A DNA stretch of 64,000 bases from Anolis carolinensis. Taxonomy: Eukaryota. A program made the position numbers and the translations under genes. The stretch lies in contig NC_085841.1 in NCBI RefSeq assembly GCF_035594765.1, positions 132,107,574 to 132,171,573 on the forward strand, in the 5' to 3' direction. Under the pieces are notes generated by a model that saw only the letters and a program-made list of their open reading frames with translations, ran no database searches and was not told the DNA's origin. Below, in pieces: positions 11,585-23,410 of this stretch (its first letter is position 1; every line of letters begins with the position of its first letter).

Positions 11585-13454
11585 AAAGTCAGGCAACTGG
11601 ACTGGATGTGTTTTCAGAAGTCTTCTTAGATAAGGAGGCTGTCCATAGTGGGCACAACCTCCTCAACTAGGAGCCCTTGAAAGCTTGAACCAGATTGAAC
11701 CAGATTGGATCTTTGCCTTCAAAGTAGTTCTTTTTCACAAAAGAGTGTTGCCTTGTGTTGGAAACACTTTCTGCTAGAGGAAGGATAGTTGTGCATGTGT
11801 TTTCACTCTGGTCCTTTGTGTTGACCTGTCCAAACTGCACAAGATGATGCACAAACTTCAGCAATATACCTTCTTCTTTAAAAATGATATTTCATCCAAC
11901 ATTTCTTTGTATTTCTGCAATGCTTTGGATCCGTAAAACATGTGGATAGCTTTTTTCTCATGTATGGTTGATATTGCTTGCCTGCATTCATTCCTAAATA
12001 TTGTACTGCAAAAGCAGGGTAACATAGAGAATCCAGAGGGGAAGCAGCTTACTATAAAACTGAAATGAAGATCCTTCTTTCTCATGAAGAGGCCAGATTT
12101 CCTCATTTGTAATCTGTTGGGTGACACATGTCAGGTGTGGAATTAAAAAGCAAAGCAGTCACAGGAGTTTCTTCTTTCTGCCAGCCTTTTCTCTCTCCCT
12201 CCCCCCCTTTCTTATTCGGTATGTCTGTATGCCTTCTTGCCTCTTACTTTTCTCTCTCTTTTCCCTCTCTGTTTCTCTCCCTGGCAAGAGCCATCTGTCC
12301 CTTCCCCAAGAAGCCTGCTGGGCTGGGAGGAAGAAAGAGAGACTCCTGCTCCCTGCCCAGCGTGGGCGGAAAATGGATAGACGGCTCTTGCTAGACACCT
12401 AATTTCAAATAGGCCAAGTGCCACATGTACCTTTAGGGCTTAGGTCATTTACCCCATTACAAAAGAATAAAACAGCATTTCCTAAATACCTTTCTGTATT
12501 GAAAGGATAGATTTGTAAAACAGAGAAATTGTCCATATAAGTTAAGGAATTCATTCTTGGGTCTGTGGAATATAGGAGGGGGGAAAAGAGGAGAATCTGG
12601 CTACTCTTGTGTTGTCATTGTAAAAAAATGCTTTTAAATTGATACGTGTAGCTTTGTCATAAAACAGCAACTTCCACCTCAGAAAGGATCTGCAGGGTAG
12701 GCTATCTGCTTTCCCATATCAATATAACCTTGTGATGAGCTGTCTGAGCTGCTCTGTAACTATGCATTTCCAAATCAAAATAGCCAGGTTGCCAGAAAGC
12801 GTAATTAGATTATGAATGGACCATAGGTTAGGCATGTTTCTTACAAAAGCTGCGCTAGATTCTTTGCTTTGCTCTCAGCTTCTTCACTGTGTTCCCAACT
12901 CCTAATCGAACAACAGGCTATCTAAAATCTAGGGAAGTCTCTCACAGTATTGATTTTGGAAATGTATTTTTGTTTGAGTGTTATGTATTTTATAATCAGC
13001 ACTCGTCAATTCTGTGTCCCAGCCTAATAACAAATATAGTCATTATTAAAATAAAAAAATAATATATGGACTATTCTGCTTTGACTAGTAGAAAGTTGAA
13101 AAGCAAGTACAAAACCAAAATAAAACCCTGAAATAAATTTCTTAATTTTCTTTTTTACACCAACACTTTTGAAAGTCTCGAGAGCATTCATAAATTTGTT
13201 ACATTTCTTGTCATAACGTTTTTTGGCACTCAGAAGACAAAAAATAACATTTAATGTGAGTTTTGTCCACAATGTGAAGCATGCAGTATTCAGAATAGTG
13301 CAGGATTTTTTTGTACATGATGTATTGGTTTGCATTTTGGACTGTTTGTGTGTTTTCTTGTGGAGGTGTAACTCAAAACCCTGTAAATCCTTAAATTACA
13401 AGAATACATTTTAGTACAATACAAGGTTCAGACATGCTGAAAAAATAGAGGAAC

Positions 13455-13667
13455 CAGAATGGTATAGTTGCTTGAGTGTTGAATCAGACATACATTTGAA
13501 TTCTCACTCAGTCATGGAAATTCACTGAGTGAGCTTGAACAAGTCGCCCTCTGGTAGCCTCAGAGAAAGGCAAAAACAACCCCATTCTGAACAGATCTTG
13601 CCAAGAAAACCTCATGATAGGGTTGCCATAAATTGGAGACAGCTTGAAGGTATGCAATAACAACAAG
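13455..13667 (+). mobile_element. tRNA/CORE-type SINE with RTE-like tail
   Basis: A-box-like TGGTATAGTTG, B-box-like TTTGAATTC, CORE-like GTGAGCTTGAACAAGTC, and tail CTTGCCAAGAAAACC...CTTGAAGG...CAACAA. A related copy lies at 23205-23410 (-). Confidence 0.65.
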
Positions 13668-15452
13668 CAGAGCATAAAATGGTGGTTCCCTATTTTGAAG
13701 TCAATGTACATAATATCTCCAGTTGTTCAAGTCATTTTGACATCATGTTCCTAGCAGTACATGTATATTAGAATGATATTAAATATGTAATGTGTTTCTC
13801 TGACCATTCATGATACCCCCAATTTGTGTGAAGCATTCATCTTATTCAGGGGCGCCTTGAGTAAAAACATCTTCACATCCCACAGGGAATTCAATACTCT
13901 TGTGATATTTCTTACCTCCTGCATGAAAGACAATGAATACTTTTTCCATCGCATTTTCAGCATTTTCTGCATTTTCTGCAAAATGTCTGTGTTTATAGCC
14001 AGTATTTTTCCATGTATGCATATGAAGTTAAGCACACACATACAGAAAACAGAGAAGAAGTCATTAAGTGATGAAAAAGAAACATTTGTCAAATGCTTCT
14101 GGTTTTTATTAGTATTTTATAACACATTCAAAATAGAAAAAATAAAATAAATTTCTTACACAAATAAGAACAACATTTAGGAAAATTACTATAGATATCA
14201 ACATATTTTTATCTTCTAAACACTACCTATGGTATCTATAGGGAGTGGAAAGACAAAGATGACTTTCTCTCTCCTTAATAGAGGCTATAATTGATACATA
14301 AGTGAGAAAGACTTGTATTAAATGTATCCTTAATTGTACCTCTACTGATTACATGATTCTTCTATTTATCAATGCTCCTGCCTGTTAAAGTTGTGCAACA
14401 AGGCAACAGCATTTTATAGTTTTGTGAGATGGCACAATTACACAAATGTTTTCTTGGCAAATGCCACAAATTTTGATCCAAGAAATCCTTGCTGTCCTGT
14501 AGGTAAGGAGAAGTGTTTTGGCAGAATTCACTATCTTCCTTGCCACCATGAGCAGTCTTCACACATAAATCTTCTCTTGTTTTAGCAACAGCTAGATCAC
14601 AAAGGTTCTTGTCTAGCTATGTTTGACCTGAAGAAGAGTTCTTGCTTTTTTAAGATGATGTGTTCCTTCAAAAGCCTTAATACCCAAGCCACTTTATATT
14701 CCATATTATCCACATATTGTATACTTTATATAAATCTTTTAATGCATGGCCTTCTCAACATGGAATCATTGGGTGGTGTACATAAAATATGAATATAATA
14801 TAACAACGGTAACAAAATTATGTTAAGGAGAATAAAAACTATTCAAGTGTCATGAAGAGCAAACTCTAGTCTCCCCAATCTGAGACCCACTAAGTATATG
14901 TAGGGCGCATCCAGACAGCCCCTTAGAAGCATCTTCAAGGAGGGCATCCAAATGACATCCCACAGAAAAGCGATTGCATTCTCCACAAAGCAGGAAAACT
15001 CTACTTTGTACCAAATTAATCTGATAGCCCATTAGACATATGCTTTTGTGAAAAGCCTGCGTCTAATGGGCTATGGGCCTGTGTGGACAGGCCCACAGGA
15101 AGTCCTGGGACTTCCCTGCGACCTGTCCAAACACCCATCCTGCACCTTTTGGGCTCTTGGAGCCCAGAAGGTGCAAGTTTGCCCCCACCACCTTCTGAAA
15201 ATTCTTTAAAAATGGGGGGGGGGGGGGGTAAGGGACTGTGCTGCAAGACCTTCATTAGGGATGTAGCATTACATGCGAGAAAGCAAGAGGGAGGCAGAAG
15301 CAATTTGGGCCCCCCCTCAGTTCTTCAGCGTACGTTGTTTTTACTCCCTCCCATTACTCATTTTCTTGGGGGGGGGGGAGTGGACTGGAAGCCGTGACCT
15401 TTCGCATTTTTAAAACGCGGTCTATATCTAGCTCTGCATTGTTTATGTAGGC

Positions 15453-16337
15453 CAGGGGTCCCCAAACTAAGGCCCGGGGGCCGGATGCGACCCTCCAAGG
15501 TCATTTACCTGGCCCCCACCCTCAGTTTTATAATATAATATATTGTATATACATATAATATTGATAATAATATTATAATGTAATACAATATAACACTAAT
15601 AATAATACCATATAATAATATTAATTATATATTCTACATTGCATATAATATTACTAATAATATTACAGTATAGTGGTATAGTTCAATATAGTCATATATA
15701 ATGCTAATATTGTGCTATGCTAATAATATAATATACTAGCTGTGCCCGGCCATGCGTTGCTGTGGCAAAGTGGTGGTGGTATTGGTTAAAAACTGTTGTG
15801 TAATTTTTATTTGACGTTATTTGCAATTTTTTATTAATTTTATTGTAATATTTTTATTTATTATATTTTATTATTTTCTTGTATTATTTTTAGTTATTTT
15901 CTGTTATTATAGTATTTTATTGTATTAATTTTTAGTGTTTTTTATTATTTTTTATTGGGTTGCTAGGAGACCAAGTTGGAGGAGCTTAGCCTTCTAACTG
16001 GCAGCAATTGGATAAAAGCAATTATTCCTCTCTCTCTAATTAGGACTTTATTTTTCTTTTCTTTTTGTTGTATCAACCTAGAGCCGTGGATGTTGGGTTG
16101 TGTTGTCAAATGTCGAGGTTGGGGGGCCTGTAGTTTTGTTGTTTTGTGGGTCGCCGTGATGCCATCACTCTTTTATATATATAGATTGTATGTACATATA
16201 ATTTGTAAGCCACTCTAAGTCCCCTTTGGGGTGAGAAGGGTGTGATACAAATGTAGTAAATAAATGCAGTAAATAATAAATAAATAAATAAATTTTAGAC
16301 TTAGGCTCACCCAAAGTCTGAAATGACTTGAAGGCAC

Positions 16338-16368
<31 letters not shown>

Positions 16369-16484
16369 CCCTAATTAACTTGACTATCTCATTGGCCAGA
16401 AGCAGGACCACACTTCCCATTGAAATCCTGATAAATGTATGTTGGTTAAAAAAAATTTTATTTTAAAATATTGTATTGTTCTTT

Positions 16485-16515
<31 letters not shown>

Positions 16516-16650
16516 TTTGCACTACAAATAAGACAAATATGCAGTGTGCATCGGAATTTGTTTGTATTTTCTTTCAAATGATAATCCGGCCCTTCAACAG
16601 TCTGAAGGATTGTGGACCGGCCCTCGGCTTAAAAAGTTTGAGGACCCCTG
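15453..16650. mobile_element. Non-autonomous hAT (Charlie-group) DNA transposon
   Basis: TIRs CAGGGGTCCCCAAACT and AGTTTGAGGACCCCTG (15/16 match). Exact 8-bp TSD ATGTAGGC at 15445-15452 and 16651-16658. Confidence 0.93.
15736..16185 (-). mobile_element. Non-autonomous Helitron nested in the hAT element
   Basis: The minus strand starts TCTATATATATAAAAG and ends GCCACAGCAACGCATGGC-CGGGCACAG-CTAG (subterminal hairpin plus CTAG). Inserted between A and T with no TSD. Confidence 0.88.
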
Positions 16651-16737
16651 ATGTAGGCATTGAATGTTTGCCTGTTACTATGTTGGAAGCCGGTCTGAGT
16701 CCCCATGGGGAGATAGGGCAGGGTACAAATTAAGTTG

Positions 16738-16782
<45 letters not shown>

Positions 16783-16789
16783 GTTATTG

Positions 16790-17063
16790 TTCATATCATA
16801 TTGTTTTTGTTGACCCTACTTTTCCATTTACAGAGCTAGATTACTGTTTTTCTTTGAAATACGGTAAATATTGAAAAACCTTTAACCTACTGATGCTTCA
16901 ACATAATTTCATTGGGATTTATTTTCATTTTGAAATTTACCAGTAGCTGTTGCATTTTCTACCCTTGGCTTATACTAGAGTGAATAAGTTTCCCCAGTTT
17001 TTTTGTGGTAAAATTAGGTGCCTCGGCTTCTATTAGGGTCAGCTTATACTCAAGTATATACAG
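16790..17063. mobile_element. Tc1/mariner (Tc2-like) non-autonomous element, right half
   Basis: Repeated subterminal GGCTTATACT motifs, ending ...GCTTATACTCAAGTATATACAG followed by TA. The left TIR was not found. Confidence 0.55.
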
Positions 17064-17841
17064 TAATTGGTACATTCCAGGAAGTGTGCTCCAAGGCCTA
17101 ATGCCAGCCTTGTAAGTTATTTTCTCTTTTTAACTCTTTTCTGTAGGTTTTTTTTGTGTTTGGGTGCCCTGCCCGAAGGCCTAGCAGGGCATCTGGGCAA
17201 CCCCACCCCCAGGAAAGCACAGATGTTGGGGCCAGGTGTGTGGACTTTGACCCGGGCGCAATTGCATTTAAGAAACCAAATTGCACCTGGGTTGTTAAAG
17301 CCCTGTGTGGAACCACCCTGAGATAGTGACACCTTTGTTTTCAGGTTGAGAGGACAATGTTGTTTTCATATGCTTTCTGACACCAATATTTCTATTTCTC
17401 ATCTTGGGTTCTGTGAATAGAAGTGTCTCATCCACAGTGTGATGAGAGCTCCAGATGGGATTCTGACACACAGTATGGTGGAAATTATTTGGATCTAGAG
17501 CTACCCATAATAGGTACTTGTGACTTTACTTCTCCAAATCGGTCTCCCAAGTACAATGATCTGTTCTCAATGTGGTAATGCATGAACTGACCTGCCATAA
17601 TGGTGCACAAATTCATTTTATCTGATAGTTCTAAATCTGAATATACATGAGTCTCCTCTTTAATTTGTACTAGTGGATGTTGCCTATCTTTTTAATTTAA
17701 AGAGTCTTCCACTCACATGTTACCAGTCAGCATATAATAGTGCACATATTGATCTCTGATCAGTGACCATGATTTATTTAGCAGGACTTGGAGTGTGTAA
17801 ACATGAAGATATCATTGCAAATTTTAACCTATAATGACTAA

Positions 17842-17991
17842 GGCCCCTTCCACACAGGTGAGTAAAATCCCACATTTTCTGCTTTGAACTGGAATATATG
17901 ACAGTGTGGACTCATATAACCTAGTTCAAAGCAGATATTGTGGGATTTTCTGCCTTGATATTCTGGGTTATATGGCTCTGTGGAAGGGCCC
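17842..17991. mobile_element. Harbinger-like MITE
   Basis: TIRs GGCCCCTTCCACACAG and CTCTGTGGAAGGGCCC, flanked by TAA and TGA. A related copy lies at 37584-37707. Confidence 0.75.
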
Positions 17992-18610
17992 TGAGTTTAC
18001 CATGTATTTCAGTTCTTCAGAATAATGTGATGGGACAAACAGAGTGAGGGTGGGGAGCTCTTTCTTCATTAAAAGAAGAGCAGGGAGACATATCATATCT
18101 TAAGATCTCTTTGTGCTTCAACTGTTTTCTTCTTTTTACTAAAAAATCTCTCTCTTGAAAGCCTCCCAATATTCTAGAGTACCTGACCCCAGTTTCAAAT
18201 TGCAAAGAAATCTGTTAGATTCTGCCTCTCTTGGCTTTCCTTTAAAGAGAACTGTTCATAAAGAAAGTGGGGGTGGGGAAGGAAACCTAATGCATTTTTT
18301 TAAAAAAGAGAAAATTGGTTGTGAGTGAAAGAGATGGGGGGAAGGAATAGAGGAAGAGCACATGAACCAGGTGATTAGAATAAAATTTGCCATGTGCTTT
18401 TTATGTTTCTAAACAATTGTAGGGAGCTTTTAAAACAGGGGTGAGGGAGAGAAAGGGGAAAATCCCTCTTAATGCAGAGCCTCCCCTCACAGGATAAAAT
18501 GGAATTAAAATATTGTCAATAAATTGTGTGAGATAGACTGTATCAGTCTGTGCATTGATAGTCTGTGCATGCAGGATAAGAGCATTGACTGGCTGCTAAT
18601 CTATTCCCAG

Positions 18611-18665
18611 ATGGAGGTGGATGCAGACGAGAAGCGCCATCGCACACGGTCCAAAGGTGTTCGAG
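18611..18665 (+). CDS. MYT1L: Myelin transcription factor 1-like, coding exon 1 (MEVDADEKRHRTRSKGVR)
   Basis: Acceptor ttcccag directly before the ATG; donor G|gtacgt; 55 nt, ends in phase 1. The peptide matches the recalled MYT1L N-terminus. Confidence 0.96.
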
Positions 18666-18853
18666 GTACGTCTCTTGCTTCAGTAAATCACTCAAGGCCC
18701 CTGCTCAGGGTGACCTTCATCCTCCGGAATCTCTTTGCATGATTCATTCTGACCCTTGCTTTTTTACACAGCCTTTTTTTGGCAATTTTCAGCAGAAGAG
18801 GGGGGCACTTGTAATAGATGATAAATTTTTATATATTTTCCATCTCTCTGCAG

Positions 18854-18887
18854 TTCCCGTGGAACCAGCCATACAAGAGCTGTTCAG
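18854..18887 (+). CDS. MYT1L: MYT1L coding exon 2 (VPVEPAIQELFS)
   Basis: Acceptor ctctctgcag; donor AG|gttagt; 34 nt, phase 1 to 2; continues the frame of exon 1. Confidence 0.96.
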
Positions 18888-19191
18888 GTTAGTGCTCTGA
18901 GTGTAAAATGTATCCCCATTAGCAATTTAGAAAATTCATGCCTTTTAATGGGTATAATGCACTTTCAAGTTCATTGGTGGCTTGCTCATGCCCTGCTGCA
19001 CTGATGAAATTAATTCCCCTGGGATTTGCTAATAAAAAGCATCCCCCTTCCCCCCAGTTTTCCTTTTAGTTATTTGATTTCTCCTTTCTGTCTTTGTTGC
19101 CCTCCATCTCTGTAATGCCTACCGCCTGCTTTTAATATAATCTCTGAGCAGCACACCGACACCTGTATAATTAATTCCTTCTTTTTTACAG

Positions 19192-19254
19192 CTGTCCTAC
19201 CCCTGGCTGTGATGGCAGTGGTCATGTTAGTGGCAAATATGCAAGACACAGAAG
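19192..19254 (+). CDS. MYT1L: MYT1L coding exon 3 ([21 protein letters not shown]), most of CCHHC zinc finger 1
   Basis: Acceptor ttttttacag; donor AG|gtaatg; 63 nt, phase 2 to 2. [11 protein letters not shown] is the MYT1-family finger signature. Confidence 0.97.
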
Positions 19255-19258
19255 GTAA

Positions 19259-19278
19259 TGTGTGTGTGTGTGTGTGTG
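19259..19278 (+). repeat. (TG)10 microsatellite starting at intron position +5
   Basis: Direct reading of the sequence. Confidence 0.95.
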
Positions 19279-21226
19279 TTTGTGCGTAACAAGAACGGGC
19301 TGGAAATATCCAGTAAGCAACTTAGCTAACATGACTCTGTTAATGACCTTAACATAATTGTTGGGCAATTAATAGTGTACACAAGAATTTCTTTTGTACT
19401 TTTGTATAATTTTTGCACCTGATTGCATTCTCACTTTGTTATAGCATCCCAATCGTCAACTTTTCTAACAAAACTGCAGCATTAATTGGAATCAAACAAA
19501 AGAAACAGGAGAAGTGAGGTAGACATGCCCCTTTCTAACTCTAATCAGACTTAGCACTGATTAGGTATATTAACCATGTAGAGAAATAATACACACACAC
19601 ATATCTGTTTCATGGAATGCACATCTCTCTACTCTTCATGATCAGATTGGTCACGGAGTTTTGCAGTTTGTTTTTGGAAAATTGAAATGTTAGCTTAATT
19701 GGCATACTTTATGCCAGTATAGTGTACATTATATGATAAAGTGCAGAAATGGAATAAAACCATAGTCTTTTGAGTACAGGGCAATGTTGAGGTTATATTC
19801 CATGGGAGAACTTTAGAACAGGTCAATGATAATATGGCTTTTAGATCCAGGTGATTTTATTATTATCATAAAAGTTCTGTGCCCTTACTTTGGTGAGTAT
19901 CATGACTGATAAATATATTCAGTCATTTTTAGACACCCCTTTATTGTTTGTTCCCCAAGAAATTATTGGAATGTTTGGACATATTTCAGTGAAGTCATTT
20001 ACAGATTTCTGTAACTGAGGTGAAGGCGTGTTGACATACTTAAAAAAAGTATTATACATCTAAAGTGTTCACTTTCCGGTTTTGTGTTTCCTGTGTAGCA
20101 TAAAAGTGCCAAAATGAGGTGATGGGAAGCTGCTGTAAGATGCTCCCAAAACACCAATTTGTACGGAAAACTATTAGACGCTAGTTAGCATGAGGTTCAG
20201 CGTGCATAAGTTCTTGATTTCAATGAATATTGAATAGTGTATTAAATTGCACCGTGCTGAAAATGTTTTGTTTCACGAGTTTCTTCACTCTTGTTTAGAT
20301 TTGTGGGGAATTGTTTGCTGCACATGTCATTTGTTCTTGAAAGATTTGCTGCATGCCAGGGCTGTGGTCCAAATCTTGCTTCAGGAGGCATTAAATCTTA
20401 AGAGTTGGAGCATTACATGTTGCTGTGGTCATCTTGTTGCATACTAGGCTGTCATATTGTTGATGCAAGCACATACAATGCCAAAAACTAGGATGCCAAA
20501 TAGGAAATTTTGACTCTGAAATGTTGCATTAAGAATCCCCCATTGTTCTCTTTCCTGTTTCCAGTTTTTGGTAACACTGCTGTACATGCATAGTTTATAT
20601 TTCAGTTCATACAGTTTTTTCTGTTTTTATATCAACAATGTGCTCATGTGAGATCATAAAATATTGACAAAACAAAAGCCCCAAACTTAATATGATGTTT
20701 ATAGCTGTATCGATATAGTGAATATCAGTGTACAGGATTATATCTACTTATTCGTAAACCTTTTGAAAAAAGAAATGTAATGCAAGTTTATGCACTATTA
20801 AATTAAGATTGCCTTTTGGTATAGTTTTTGTGAATGTACATGTATTGGTTACTCTATAATACAGGGAGACTAAAAAGAAGGAGTAGAAAGTCGTAATATA
20901 TTGTAGGCTTTAATTGTAGAATTGATTTAAATTCTTCTACTTAAATAGGAATTTTAAGAACTGGGTCACAGATTAGGTTGAATGAGAGGAACATAAAATA
21001 ATGGTGTGATGGGATCTTTGCATCTTTAGCAATGAAGGAGTCAGGAGGAATCATCATGTCCCACAATCCTGAGCACTCTGAAGCAATGCCAAGGATTTTA
21101 AGATATTTCGCGTACTCTACGTTTGGTAAACGTATGACAAGCTCAAAGTTATGTGTACTCAAATCCCATTGAATTTAGGAGGAGCAAAGACAATATTAGG
21201 TCCAACAAATTTTAACTCTTTCCCAC

Positions 21227-21410
21227 ACTGACACCACTTTAACTGATTCAATTTTATGGAATAATGGGAACTGTAGTTTTAGGTCTTTGGCCTTCTCTGC
21301 CAAAGGATATGGTACCTCCTCTTCTAACTGCAAATCACAGGATTCCATAGCATCGGGCCAGGGCTACTGACATGGCGAACCTGTATTAATTCTCCATTGT
21401 AGATGCACCC
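21227..21410. mobile_element. Diverged copy of the palindromic MITE at 90-1158
   Basis: Shares TGACACCACTTTAACTG, CCTTCTCTGCCAA and GATTCCATAGCAT, and ends TGTAGATGCACCC. Confidence 0.65.
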
Positions 21411-21817
21411 TATGTTTTAATGTATTTTTACTTTAATAAAGCAAAACCCTTAGAAGTTCATGGGATTGCCATATGTTGAGAGGAGATTTGAAGGCATTTA
21501 TATACTGACTAGAAGTCTGAGCCATTTGTGCAGGCTGGTAAAATGGGACTTATATGTGGATTGGATGCAGACTTTGTCATTCTTAGCAGACTCACTGAGA
21601 TCAATAATAGCTAGTTACAAATATCTTAAACCTTGCAGTAGGTCTTCTCTAAGTATAACTGAGTCAAAGAGTAACCTCAAATATCTTAATATATTTTTTA
21701 ATGAATAATTTATATTTTAATATTTTGTATGCTCATTGAAAATGCAAGGTATACATTTGGCCACCAGACTAAATACTTTTAGGATTCTGTGTTTTAGATT
21801 TGCTTTGAGGTAACTCA

Positions 21818-22283
21818 GGGCCCTTCCAAACAGGCCCAAAATGTGGGACCTGTCTCAATCTGGACCTTAAGCTAAGGTCTGGATCTTTTCAGGTGATTCC
21901 CCAAAGAGATTCAGATTCTTTTCCAAAGCACCCCCCTCCCCTCTCAGCCCCCCATTTTCCCCAACTTACCTGAGGGGGTTGCTGGCAGCACAGGCCCCTC
22001 TAGAGAGTCTTCTGGTGTTTGAAAATGATGTATCAAGAGATGAAGGATCAGTTCCCTCCTCTTCCCCCACCTCCTGACATGATTTTCATGTGCTAGGAGA
22101 TCGCTCTGGAGGGTTCTGCACTTCTGTCAGGCTCCTGAGGTAAGTTTTTTTGGGGGGGGGGGAATAGGGGGCTGGCTCTATGCCCTCCTGGGTCGACCAC
22201 AGGGAAATCCCAGGGTTTGAGGTAGTGTGTGGCCTTTAAATAACCCAGTTCCTCCCAGGATTAAGGTCTGTCTGGAAGGCCCC
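21818..22283. mobile_element. Harbinger-like non-autonomous element
   Basis: TIRs GGGCCCTTCCAAACAGGCC and GGTCTGTCTGGAAGGCCCC; 3-bp TSD TCA on both sides. Confidence 0.75.
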
Positions 22284-23204
22284 TCATATGTTCTTTTTAG
22301 TCACACACTACCTGGACGTATTCAATAATTTGCCACTTCCTTGGTATAGCAATCAAATTAATTCATTTCAAGTATTTTTTTCCAATAGCTACTAGGTGTT
22401 TACAGCTGGAGGAGGAAAAAGAGGAGGCACCAATTTCTGGATTAAAATAGAGTCTCATTTATTAACGTAAACTCAGATTTGCATACCATGAGTACCCCGA
22501 CACATAAAGTAAGAAATGCTGAAAATTTCTAAGCAATTATCTTGTCAGATACCTAATGGAGAATTAGTTCTGAAAGGAAAGTAGTCAGTTGGCTACCCTC
22601 TTTTGGGCCCATCAGTTTAGAAGCAAAGACACTTTCCCATATCACCTCTTTCTGATGGATCCCTTTGCATTTCCAGTCTGAGGCATTCAAGCTTTCTCCC
22701 ATATGTAGACCTCAGAATGCCACGTGGATCGTTTCAGTTGATCTCAAAGGCGTGGGCAGCAATCAAAATCCTGGCTTGTCTGAGATACCATGCTGCTAAT
22801 TGCCAGTTCCAATGGACCACAGCAATCCGTCTTCTTCCCTTCCCCCTATATTCAATTATCCTTACGCTAAAGCTCTTGTGCAGGTAGCAATCTACTCTCA
22901 TTCCCTGTGTGGCATGGATTTGTGTTGTAAAATAATTGTGGTGCTTCTGAAAGTGAGCGTCTGACAGTAGCTTAAGGCCACACTGCAAGGTTGTCTCTAA
23001 AATTATATATAGTAATGAATTCTGAACTGTCATTACAAATAATAATGGCATTTTAAAGACAAAATATTGGAGTTGAAATGTATTGATAGAAAAGAATAGC
23101 GCTGTTGATGATTCATGTTTTATTTAAACTTAGACATAGGTGTGGTGGTTTCATTGCATATTCTCCTAACGTTGAAATATTTGGATGAAAATTATTAGTT
23201 TGAG

Positions 23205-23410
23205 ATTGTTATTGTATGTCTTCAATTATTTTTGACTCATGATGACCTAAGAAAACCTATTATAGGAGTTCCTTAGCAGAATTTGGTCAGAGGGTTTACC
23301 TTTGCTTTTCTCTGAGAGTGTGTGACTTGACCAAGATTACGCTGTAGGTTTCTATGGCTGAGCAGAGATTTTGAACTCTGGTCTCTCAGTCTCCTAGTTT
23401 AACACTCAGT
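23205..23410 (-). mobile_element. tRNA/CORE-type SINE (same family as 13455-13667)
   Basis: Contains GTGACTTGACCAAG, TGGCTGAGCAGAGATTTTGAAC and the reversed tail. Confidence 0.6.

Larger units (their letters stand above)
15400..16782 (+). mobile_element. L2 3' UTR fragment split by the hAT insertion (about 15400-15452 and 16651-16782)
   Basis: The right part has the L2-type end GGAAGCCGGTCTGAGTCCCCATGGGGAGATAGGGCAGGGTACAAAT plus an (ATT)n tail. The left boundary is approximate. Confidence 0.65.

Noticed and set aside
14391-14508. Possible 5' UTR exon ending at AG|GTAAGG (about 14502)
   Set aside because: Good donor, but a weak acceptor and no other support. It cannot be called without transcript data.
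18524-18742. 72-aa ORF as a single-exon gene
   Set aside because: Only 18611-18665 is exonic. The rest is intron read-through from a non-ATG start.
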